Shown here piece after piece: positions 38,212 to 46,047 of a stretch of DNA of 64,000 nucleotides. Each line of letters begins with the position of its first letter. Positions within the stretch are counted from its first letter, which is position 1. The stretch spans positions 91-64,090 of the forward strand of contig PEYN01000018.1 of NCBI GenBank assembly GCA_002774355.1. The letters are read 5' to 3'. Both the position numbers and the translations under genes were made by a program. The notes below the pieces were generated by a model. That model had not been told where the DNA came from and ran no database searches. It saw nothing but the letters and a program-made list of their open reading frames with translations. Source of the stretch: Fidelibacterota bacterium CG08_land_8_20_14_0_20_45_22 (GTDB taxonomy: Bacteria > Fidelibacterota > UBA2242).

Positions 38212-39549
38212 TTAAATTTTGATAAAAATCTTCCGCCGATAAAGAATCCAGACGAAAATGAACCAGATCAGAACATAACTTAGCGCCCAAAGAAGCGACG
38301 CGTTGTACGGACTCGCCCACGATTCGAAATAGTGCTGATATAGAAAAGTCTTCAGCGCCATTGGCGTTCCGTCGGCTGACGGAACCTTCCACCAAAAAAC
38401 AAGCGCACGCGCCGTCAGGCTTGATAATGCATAGACTGCGATGGCGTTCGATCCGAAAATTACGAATGGTTTCGACCATTTATGATAGCCCTTGATATCG
38501 ATCGCCCAGTAGCACATTGCCAGAAAAAGAAGCGCCATTCCTCCCATGAAAACCGTGTAAGACGGCGACCAGAGATTTTTATTGATCGGGAACCAGATTC
38601 CCATGACTTCTCCGACGACTAATCCAATGACTCCAAATACGAACAGCATGACAACTTTTTCAAGGTCGTTTTTTTTTGTTTTGAGCCAGTGAGCCGTCAG
38701 CACGCCGAACAGAACCGTCGAAATCGCCGGAATCGTACTGAGAATTCCTTCAGGATCAAAGCCAGCCGCGGGAGCGCCGCTCCACGTATGACCTTTTAGT
38801 AAAATACTGTCAACGTACCATGCCAAATTTCCCATTTTATTTCCAGTCGGGTCGTCTATCAAAGCCAGCATTCCCGCGCCGTAACCCGGAACGGGGATCA
38901 ATTTCATCGCCAACCAGTAAATGACCAAAAAGGCAACGGCAAGAATCGCTTGCCACTTGATATTCGTGTTGAGAACGATAATCGAGGCAATGGCATAAGT
39001 GACGGCGATTCGTTGTAAAACGCCAGGAATTCGCAAAGTGGACAATTTCACATCCATAATACCGGTAAAAGCCAGTAAAATAACGATGAAAGTCAGCGCA
39101 ATTTTGATATACTTTAAATATTGCTCTTTTACTTCGGTGGAGATGGAAAGTCTGGGGACGATATACAATCCCAGAAGTCCGATAATTAGCAACCCGCCTA
39201 AGACTTTGAGTTCAGGAGTTGGGATTCCGCGAAACGCGCTTAAATACAAACCGATGCCGAATAGCCACGCGGTTCGTTTAGCAATTTTCAAATAGATCGA
39301 TTTTCGAGGCGCACCGACTTCCAAGCGATTGGAGAAGGCATAGACAATTGCGACGCCGACGATAAACAGAAAAAATGGGAAGATAAAATCGGTCGGCGTC
39401 CAGCCGTGCCAATGCGCGTGACCTAATGGAGGGTAAATCTTGCCCCAGTTTCCGGGATTGTTTACCAGGATCATCCCAGCAATGGTAATTCCTCTGAAAG
39501 CGTCGAGAGAGATTAGTCTTTTCGGTTTTTCTGTCAATAATTCATCCAT
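38212..39549 (-). CDS. Acyltransferase-family membrane protein (HGSNAT-like, DUF1624/DUF5009)
   Basis: SLDAFRGITIAGMILVNNPG...W...DFIFPFFLFIVG N-terminal signature and about 11 TM segments. Confidence 0.7.
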   Translation of the reverse strand: MDELLTEKPKRLISLDAFRGITIAGMILVNNPGNWGKIYPPLGHAHWHGWTPTDFIFPFFLFIVGVAIVYAFSNRLEVGAPRKSIYLKIAKRTAWLFGIGLYLSAFRGIPTPELKVLGGLLIIGLLGLYIVPRLSISTEVKEQYLKYIKIALTFIVILLAFTGIMDVKLSTLRIPGVLQRIAVTYAIASIIVLNTNIKWQAILAVAFLVIYWLAMKLIPVPGYGAGMLALIDDPTGNKMGNLAWYVDSILLKGHTWSGAPAAGFDPEGILSTIPAISTVLFGVLTAHWLKTKKNDLEKVVMLFVFGVIGLVVGEVMGIWFPINKNLWSPSYTVFMGGMALLFLAMCYWAIDIKGYHKWSKPFVIFGSNAIAVYALSSLTARALVFWWKVPSADGTPMALKTFLYQHYFESWASPYNASLLWALSYVLIWFIFVWILYRRKIFIKI

Positions 39550-39568
39550 AAACGACTCCGATTGATTT

Positions 39569-40990
39569 TTAAAGTTTTCCGAGATTTTTCATCACGCCTT
39601 CTGCGGCGAACATACCGGTCACGGCGGAATAGACGATTCCTCGACTGTGTCCGCTTGCGTCGCCTGCAACGAAAAAGTTTCTGATGGAGGTTTCCATAAA
39701 TGGCGTAACATTGTATTTCGTGTCGTAAAATTTGATTTCCGGCGCATAAAGCAACGTGTTGTTCGAGACTAATCCAGAAATAATGGCATTTAGAACATTC
39801 AAACCTTCCATCAGATTTGTGGCGATTCGCTGAGGGAATGCCATGGCGATGTCTCCGGGCGTCGCATCCTTTAACGTTGGAACAATTGACGAACGTGAGA
39901 TTCGATCCCATGTCGAACGTCTTCCCGATAGAAAGTCGGTTAGCCGCTGAATAATCGGCTTGCCACCGCCGATTGTAGTCGCTAAGCGGGCAATATCGCG
40001 TCCGTATTTGGTGGTGTCTTCGACGGGATCAGTTAAAACAACGCGCGACAATAAGGCAAAGTTAGTATTGTCGGTTTTAGAATCCCGCCGCGCGTGACCG
40101 TTTACCAGAACGAAGTCGTCAAAATGTTCGCTGACAATATAGCCGTTGGGATTCGTGCAAAATGTTCGGACGAGATCGTCGTATGATTTGCTATAAAGCC
40201 TGAACTTGGCGTCGTACATGATTTGCCCGATTTCGTGATAGATCACGGCGGGAAATTCGACGCGAATGCCGACGTCGATCGGCCCGTAGATGGTTTGAAT
40301 ATTCAGATGCTTAGCCTGTTCTCTCAACCAGTAAGCGCCGGCGCGCCCGGGAGCGGCGATGACCGCGTCGGCGTTCAGTTTTTCATTCCCGCAGACAAGT
40401 TCAAAATGGTCATCTTTAAGTCGGATTTCATCGACTTTTAAATTTTTCCTGAACTGAATTCCACGTTCGACGAGTCGTCTGTAAAAACGTTCGATGACGA
40501 TGTGAAGTCTGTCCGTCCCGATGTGGCGTTGCCGGGCAAAGATGAATTCCACTCCGACGGCGCTTGCCTGACGAAGCAGTTTATGATATTCGCCTCCGTC
40601 TTCGCCGGAATAACCGTCTTCGACGCCGCTTTCTGTAAAAATATTATCAATCTGAAGGATCAATTTTTCAACTTCAGCGGGTGTTCGTCCGAAGCTGCCC
40701 GGCTCGCCGCCAATGCGATGCGTCAGGTTTAATTTCCCATCGGAAAATGTTCCGGCACCGCCGATTCCATAGTTCATATCGGTGCGTAGAGACGGCTCTT
40801 CGCCGCGATCGATTACCAAAACGGACAATCCGCTTCCAATCAGACGCTCCGCCGCGAATAACCCGGCAGATCCCGCTCCGATCAGAATTACATCGAAATA
40901 GTTTTGACTTTTATTCAAAGCAATCTTCCTTTTAAAAACGCGCTTCAATTTTAATGGTTTTCCGTTAAAAACCATAGGAAGAATTTTCAA
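39569..40990 (-). CDS. FAD-dependent oxidoreductase (COG2509-like)
   Basis: N-terminal Rossmann dinucleotide motif DVILIGAGSAGLFAA; 473 aa. Confidence 0.65.
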   Translation of the reverse strand: MKILPMVFNGKPLKLKRVFKRKIALNKSQNYFDVILIGAGSAGLFAAERLIGSGLSVLVIDRGEEPSLRTDMNYGIGGAGTFSDGKLNLTHRIGGEPGSFGRTPAEVEKLILQIDNIFTESGVEDGYSGEDGGEYHKLLRQASAVGVEFIFARQRHIGTDRLHIVIERFYRRLVERGIQFRKNLKVDEIRLKDDHFELVCGNEKLNADAVIAAPGRAGAYWLREQAKHLNIQTIYGPIDVGIRVEFPAVIYHEIGQIMYDAKFRLYSKSYDDLVRTFCTNPNGYIVSEHFDDFVLVNGHARRDSKTDNTNFALLSRVVLTDPVEDTTKYGRDIARLATTIGGGKPIIQRLTDFLSGRRSTWDRISRSSIVPTLKDATPGDIAMAFPQRIATNLMEGLNVLNAIISGLVSNNTLLYAPEIKFYDTKYNVTPFMETSIRNFFVAGDASGHSRGIVYSAVTGMFAAEGVMKNLGKL

Positions 40991-41112
40991 TGTGATGGTA
41001 ATCTCATACTCTTCTTGAAAAATGGTTTGTGATAATACACACAGATTCCGATTTTGGAAGATGGTAATATTACGGTAGGGATTTTGCTAATTGAAAACAA
41101 AAGGAGTAAAAA

Positions 41113-41907
41113 GTGAAAACAAAACTTATTTTTCTTATTGGCATCATATTGTTGATTTTAATGAAATGCGATAGTACTTTTGACGAAACGAAGACAGGCT
41201 CACTGATCATTCAGGCTTTCGACGCTCCATTCAAAGGAAACGTCGAGCATATTTACCTCAATATCAATTCAGTCAGTATTCACGAGGCAGAAGCCGACGA
41301 TTCGACTTCAGGCTGGACGATGGTTAGCGATAAAGACACTGTCATCGATTTTCTGACTCTGGTAAACGGTGAAATGTCAAATCTGGTGGAATCAGAACTT
41401 GAAGAAGGACACTATTCCCAAATCCGGCTAATGCTGGGCGATAGTTCGTTGATTGTGGTGGACGGCATTTCTTATGAACTTAGAGTTCCGAGTGGTTCCC
41501 AATCCGGAGTAAAACTGAATATAAATTTTGACATAGATGCGGATGAAATCACGGAACTTTATCTGGATTTCGATGCGGAAAGATCCATTAATAAACATCC
41601 CACACAGGATCGGTACTCTCTTCAGCCAACTTTTCGGGTAATCAAGAAAGTCCTTTCGGGTACGATTTCCGGAAAAGTGGCGAAGTCTGATCAAACAGCT
41701 CTTGCCAGTGCTTCGGTTTATGCCGTTTCTGGTTCCGACTCAATCACAACATTGACAAATTCTGATGGTTATTATCAGTTAGTTGTTCTTGCGGGAACTT
41801 ATGATATTTCCGCCGCGGCTGACGGATTTACGGCTGACACTTTGTATCAGTCTGTAGTCATAGAAGCCGAAGAGAATCTCACCCATCAAAATTTCATCAT
41901 GAATTAA
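41113..41907 (+). CDS. DUF4382-domain lipoprotein with C-terminal carboxypeptidase-regulatory-like (Ig-like) domain
   Basis: Signal/lipobox-like N-terminus (LLILMKCDS), DUF4382-like middle, C-terminal GTISGKV...TNSDGYYQL... Ig-like domain. Confidence 0.5.
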   Translation: MKTKLIFLIGIILLILMKCDSTFDETKTGSLIIQAFDAPFKGNVEHIYLNINSVSIHEAEADDSTSGWTMVSDKDTVIDFLTLVNGEMSNLVESELEEGHYSQIRLMLGDSSLIVVDGISYELRVPSGSQSGVKLNINFDIDADEITELYLDFDAERSINKHPTQDRYSLQPTFRVIKKVLSGTISGKVAKSDQTALASASVYAVSGSDSITTLTNSDGYYQLVVLAGTYDISAAADGFTADTLYQSVVIEAEENLTHQNFIMN

Positions 41908-41914
41908 TAATTTC

Positions 41915-41960
41915 GATACGGCGGACGGTTTCCTCCAAAAACTGTCCGCCGTATATACTA
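41915..41960 (+). terminator. Possible terminator hairpin after the DUF4382 gene (weak T tract)
   Basis: GATACGGCGGAC...GTCCGCCGTAT 11-bp stem with a 17-nt loop, followed by ATACTACTTTG. Confidence 0.3.
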
Positions 41961-42120
41961 CTTTGTGACACTCAGTTTTCGATTCAAATTAATCCGGTTT
42001 AATTTTACAGGCTTTTATATGAAAATCTAATGTAAGAATTAATGAATTGGATACGTGAGAATATATAGAAAAACTGGAAGAGTTTTTCGTTAGGGGACGA
42101 TTGTAGAGATATGGGAATTT

Positions 42121-42861
42121 TTACAATTTTGCCTGAAAGACGATAAAATACCCGTTTAATGGATGTTTCAAAGAAAAGACATTTAGCTGGTTATAGTCAT
42201 CTCCGAATACGCATTTCATCCGGTTTACTTCCATTTCACGTGAATTATCATCAAAGAAAGGAGTTATCAGATTCAGGGAATTATCAGCGATTTGTGGATA
42301 GCGTCGAGAATTGAGAATATTGCCTTCATTTTTAACTTCTGTCATGATTCTGAAACGTAATTTTACTGAAGATTTATCGACAGACCGTACTTTGCTGAAA
42401 TTATCCTGTTCAGAAAAAATACTGATTAATTGCTTGATCGCGAAAGACGATAGTTTAACCTCCTTTTCTTTCAAGCGTTCTTCTAATACCTGAAGAAATG
42501 ATTTTTGGATGAGCTCTTCTGGCGGTATAGTTTCAAAAAAGTGGCCATGTACCAAAACGACCTTTAGATAAGGAACAGCGCTTCTTTTTATTCCGCGAAT
42601 CAAGTAAAATACATCTCGTATCGGTAAGGAATCTATATCATCGCCAGCGTTTTCCATCTGAATTTTGATAGTACTGTTTTGATGTCGTATTAGTGAAGAA
42701 ATTGGTTTTTGCCCTGTTGGAATCGTTGAATTGAAAGAAGAAACGCTAAATGATTTACCGTCTTTTAGTTCAATTAATTCGCCGCCGGTGTATAAATCGT
42801 TTTGTGGAGAGATTTTAAGAGCAAAATCAGGGAAAATACCATCATTGGCGCAAGAGAACAT
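42121..42861 (-). CDS. Putative type II restriction endonuclease (PD-(D/E)xK-like), partner of the adjacent methyltransferase
   Basis: FPDFALK...ELIELKDGK resembles a PD...ExK core; lies immediately downstream of a DNA methyltransferase on the same strand; no other similarity recognised. Confidence 0.35.
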   Translation of the reverse strand: MFSCANDGIFPDFALKISPQNDLYTGGELIELKDGKSFSVSSFNSTIPTGQKPISSLIRHQNSTIKIQMENAGDDIDSLPIRDVFYLIRGIKRSAVPYLKVVLVHGHFFETIPPEELIQKSFLQVLEERLKEKEVKLSSFAIKQLISIFSEQDNFSKVRSVDKSSVKLRFRIMTEVKNEGNILNSRRYPQIADNSLNLITPFFDDNSREMEVNRMKCVFGDDYNQLNVFSLKHPLNGYFIVFQAKL

Positions 42862-42955
42862 ATCTCGTTCGTAAGGAAAATCCTGTAACTTTTGTGCGTC
42901 TAAAAATGTGACCTGTTTTGATGAATTGATTTGAAGAAATGGTAGATCGAATACA

Positions 42956-43834
42956 TTAGTTTTCGAAGAGTCCTAATACCTTTTGGGCTTTAGGCACTAA
43001 ATTACCGGAATCGTTTGCCCAGATACTACTGATGTTTTCGGAATATTTATAATCACTATAGTACTTCTGGATCGAATCGGATTCATGAATGACGGCAAGT
43101 CGATCCCGGATACAAGCGACATTTTGGGGATCTATTTCAATGCCTAAAGAATCCCGTTGGAGCTGATGTGCCACTATCAAAGATGTGCCCGTGCCAGCGA
43201 ATGGATCAAAAATGAAGTCGCCTACATTTGTTGAAGAGAGTATAATTCTTAAGAGCAATGCGATTGGCGTTTGTTGTTTATGAAATCTCTCTCCAGTCGA
43301 TAGTCGGATTGCTTCATTTCCAGCGAAATAACCGGATGTCAATTCCCGAATGTCATCCCACACGTCGGTAATAAATACTCCGTTTTCTCTAGGTAGTTTA
43401 TACTCTAATGGAAGTTCGGGATCGATTCTCAAGCGGTGGAAAGTCTTTGCGCGCTCGCCTTTTGTGGCATAAGCAATAATTTGGTAGTGCTTCCCGAATT
43501 TCGTCGTGACAGGAACCGCAGAAGTTTTTTTCTTCCAAATTATCACATTCTGCAATGTCCACCCAGTTTTCCGAAGGGATTGTAGTACAAACTCAATGTT
43601 TTTCTCTCTCTGCATAAAATAGATTGTGCCGCCCGTAGCGGTAATCTCGAAAACTGATCGACATACGGTTTGCATCATTTCCCAATAGGATTCATCAATC
43701 ATATTGTCCTGGTGAAACGCGTATTCCTTGTTTTGATTAAATGGCGGGTCCAAAAAAGTCAGATCGACATGGCGTCTTATTTCACCTGCTGAAAAAACAT
43801 CCAAACAATTTTTATTGATAATATCGTAAGACAT
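42956..43834 (-). CDS. DNA methyltransferase, beta-class (N4-cytosine or N6-adenine)
   Basis: Motif IV DPPF near the N-terminus (LTFLDPPFNQ) and motif I FDPFAGTGTS near the C-terminus: the circularly permuted beta-class order. Confidence 0.85.
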   Translation of the reverse strand: MSYDIINKNCLDVFSAGEIRRHVDLTFLDPPFNQNKEYAFHQDNMIDESYWEMMQTVCRSVFEITATGGTIYFMQREKNIEFVLQSLRKTGWTLQNVIIWKKKTSAVPVTTKFGKHYQIIAYATKGERAKTFHRLRIDPELPLEYKLPRENGVFITDVWDDIRELTSGYFAGNEAIRLSTGERFHKQQTPIALLLRIILSSTNVGDFIFDPFAGTGTSLIVAHQLQRDSLGIEIDPQNVACIRDRLAVIHESDSIQKYYSDYKYSENISSIWANDSGNLVPKAQKVLGLFEN

Positions 43835-43865
43835 CTTTTTTAATTTAATTGAAAGAACCTGCTTA

Positions 43866-44693
43866 TCAAACCAATATTTTTGCGGTTCTTAACAGAAATT
43901 CTTCCGTCAGAGCCCGGCACAGATAGCGCCGGTATTCCGCGGTCGAGCGTTGATCGGTAATCGGTCTGACCCTGCGCTCGATGCAATCGAGGATTTCAGC
44001 GGATTTTCCTTCACGATATAATTGCTCGGCTTCGTAAGCCCGGATAATCGTCGGTCCGACCGAGGCGTATGTCAGGCGGATTTCGTTGTTATCCGGCAGG
44101 TACAGACCGAGGAAAGCGACCTTCGAGAGTGAGAGCGCCTTGCGCGGCCCGATCTTGCGATATGAATATTTATAGTTCCACGGAATGTTCAGCCGGATTT
44201 CTGTGAGCAGTTCGTCCGAGCGGAGAATTGTCTTCTTCGGCCCGGTGATGAAGTCGCGAACCGGAATCTTCCGGATACCTTGCGCTGATTCGAGCGTGAG
44301 TTCGGCATCCAGCGCGTAAAAGATCGGAAGTGTGTCGCCCGCCGGAGAAGCATTAACGATATTCCCGCCGAAAGTCGCCATGTTGCGGATTGACGGCGAA
44401 GCAATCTGAGTCACTGCATCGGTCAGCGGCGGAAAAATACTTTTCGCCTGCTCGAGATAGGCGGCGTAGGTCAGACCGGCTCCGATTGTCAACTTTCCTT
44501 CGCTGAAATTTATTTGACTAAGTTCCGAAAGATGATTGATCTGAATGAATACCTGCACTCGTTTGACATTTGTGCGGGCTTGCACAAGTAAATCAGTGCC
44601 CCCGGCGATTGGTTGTGCCACGGTTTGGCTCATCAGATCGAGCACTTCCGATTTTTTAGATGGACGGTAATATTTGAGTTTTTCGTACCACAT
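43866..44693 (-). CDS. Xanthine dehydrogenase-family FAD-binding subunit (CoxM/YgfM-like)
   Basis: FAD_binding_5-type N-terminus (YYRPSKKSEVLDLM...PIAGGTDL) plus CO dehydrogenase flavoprotein C-terminal domain; 275 aa. Confidence 0.85.
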   Translation of the reverse strand: MWYEKLKYYRPSKKSEVLDLMSQTVAQPIAGGTDLLVQARTNVKRVQVFIQINHLSELSQINFSEGKLTIGAGLTYAAYLEQAKSIFPPLTDAVTQIASPSIRNMATFGGNIVNASPAGDTLPIFYALDAELTLESAQGIRKIPVRDFITGPKKTILRSDELLTEIRLNIPWNYKYSYRKIGPRKALSLSKVAFLGLYLPDNNEIRLTYASVGPTIIRAYEAEQLYREGKSAEILDCIERRVRPITDQRSTAEYRRYLCRALTEEFLLRTAKILV

Positions 44694-45117
44694 GTTTATT
44701 TAAAAGTGACGGGTGATGAGTGACGGGTAATTTATGCATATCAATTACGTAAAAATATTCTATTTCTTTTTTCAATGAATTTATTAGTCCTATCAGCATC
44801 TGTCGGATTGTGGCTACTTTTTCATCCAAAGCAGATATATTTTTGATTAACTTTAGATTATTTGCAATAATTAATAACGTTTCTAATTCGCCTAACGATC
44901 CTAACGAAATAAATAAAAACTGAATGCATTCTTTTTTAGAACTTCGTCCAGCGCCTTCGGCAATGTTGGCTGGAATGGATATTACGGGTCTGCGGATTTG
45001 TGAAGTAATCCCGCAGGTTTCTTCTTTGGAAAAATCCCGTGTTAAAGAATAAACCTCCGAACCGAGTTCCATACTTTTCTTCCAAACCTTCAGGTCTTTA
45101 TGGGATTTTATTGCCAT
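44656..45117 (-). CDS. Four-helix-bundle protein (23S rRNA intervening-sequence protein family, TIGR02436-like)
   Basis: MAIKSHKDLKVWKKSMELGSEVYSLTRDFSKEE...QIRR...SIPANIAEG is the hallmark of this family; 38-nt overlap with the downstream coxM-like start. Confidence 0.8.
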   Translation of the reverse strand: MAIKSHKDLKVWKKSMELGSEVYSLTRDFSKEETCGITSQIRRPVISIPANIAEGAGRSSKKECIQFLFISLGSLGELETLLIIANNLKLIKNISALDEKVATIRQMLIGLINSLKKEIEYFYVIDMHKLPVTHHPSLLNKHVVRKTQILPSI

Positions 45118-45143
45118 GTACTCACCCTGTCACTTGTCACTTT
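44703..45143 (-). mobile_element. Inverted-repeat-bounded small element carrying a four-helix-bundle (23S rRNA IVS-type) protein gene, inserted between the FAD and 2Fe-2S subunit genes
   Basis: AAAGTGACGGGTGATGAGTGACGGGTAA at 44703-44730 pairs with the reverse complement of 45121-45143 (AAAGTGACAAGTGACAGGGTGAG). IR-R supplies the last 9 codons of the 2Fe-2S gene. IR-L plus the coxM start supply a 29-aa tail on the 4HB ORF. Confidence 0.5.
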
Positions 45144-45563
45144 CTCCACCGCTTCAACGATCTTCTTATATCCGGTACACCGGCAGAGATTTCCCGAGAG
45201 TGCTTCTTTAATTTCAGCGACAGTCGGATGCGGATTGTGTTTCAGCAGGGCGTAAGCCGATACGACGAATCCCGGTGTGCAGAACCCGCATTGCACCGCG
45301 CCGGTTTCTTCGAAGGATTTGAAAAGTTCATTAGCATTGATGCCTTCGATTGTGGTCACTTCCCGACCGTCACATTGGCCGAGCAGAACCAGACAGGAAT
45401 TCACCGGTTTGCCATCGAGCAGAACCATACACGCGCCGCATTCGCCTTCTCCGCAACCTTCCTTCGTGCCGGTCAGCTTTAATTCACTGCGCAAATAATC
45501 GAGCAGACGCGTTGAGGGAGAGGCTTTTGAGACCCGAGCTATACCATTTACAATAATATTCAC
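45108..45563 (-). CDS. (2Fe-2S)-binding subunit of a xanthine dehydrogenase-family molybdenum hydroxylase (CoxS-like)
   Basis: Plant-type ferredoxin motif GCGEGECGACMV and second cluster motif CGFCTPGFV...CRCTGY. Start uncertain (GTG at 45563/45566 lies inside the element repeat; the ORF call to 45641 would overlap the GxxExxY gene). Confidence 0.85.
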   Translation of the reverse strand: MNIIVNGIARVSKASPSTRLLDYLRSELKLTGTKEGCGEGECGACMVLLDGKPVNSCLVLLGQCDGREVTTIEGINANELFKSFEETGAVQCGFCTPGFVVSAYALLKHNPHPTVAEIKEALSGNLCRCTGYKKIVEAVEKVTSDRVSTWQ

Positions 45564-46047
45564 CACAGAGGACACGGAGGGCACAGAGGTATTTTTATTT
45601 ATTTTCTTTACTTTAGTCATTAATAATTCGGTGAACCCCATCGATTAATTTTACTACGTTGAAATTTATCAATAATCCTAAGATTCGATTAGAAAGTTTA
45701 AGATAAGACAATAATTGGGCTGTATGAATTGGGAGAAGATTTTCGATGGCTTTTAATTCAACCGCAATTTCACCCTCAACTAATAAATCTATCCGATAAC
45801 CACAGTCTAATTTTACATCTTTATAGACCACCGGCAGATCTTTCTGAGATTCCACTTTCAAACCTAATTGCTTTAATTCATACACAAGACATGCTTCATC
45901 GGTGGATTCCAGCAAACCCGGACCCAGTGCACGATAAACATCAGTAGCCTTACCTATTATTTTCTCCGTAATCTTATTTAATTCCTCTCGTGATTTCATC
46001 TATCTATCTAATATTTTCTCTGTGCTCTCTGTGTACTCTATGGTAAA
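45561..46047 (-). mobile_element. Inverted-repeat-bounded small element carrying a GxxExxY-family gene, inserted between the Mo-binding and 2Fe-2S subunit genes
   Basis: CACCACAGAGGACACGGAGGGCACAGAGGTA at 45561-45591 pairs with the reverse complement of 46016-46047 (TTTACCATAGAGTACACAGAGAGCACAGAGAA), about 24/30 matches. IR-R encodes the last 10 aa (VHREHRENIR) of the Mo subunit gene. Confidence 0.5.
45613..45999 (-). CDS. GxxExxY-family protein (PD-(D/E)xK nuclease-like, TIGR04256/PDDEXK_3-like)
   Basis: GKATDVYRALGPGLLESTDEACLVYEL...RIDLLVEGEIAVELKA contains the GxxExxY signature and a D...E.K core; 128 aa. Confidence 0.85.
   Translation of the reverse strand: MKSREELNKITEKIIGKATDVYRALGPGLLESTDEACLVYELKQLGLKVESQKDLPVVYKDVKLDCGYRIDLLVEGEIAVELKAIENLLPIHTAQLLSYLKLSNRILGLLINFNVVKLIDGVHRIIND

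Noticed and set aside
45563-45641. Longer N-terminus (MGFTELLMTKVKKINKNTSVPSVSSVV...) for the 2Fe-2S subunit
   Set aside because: These residues are translated from the GxxExxY element terminus and overlap the GxxExxY coding region. Canonical 2Fe-2S subunits begin just before the ...I.VNG... segment, so a GTG start at 45563/45566 is more plausible.
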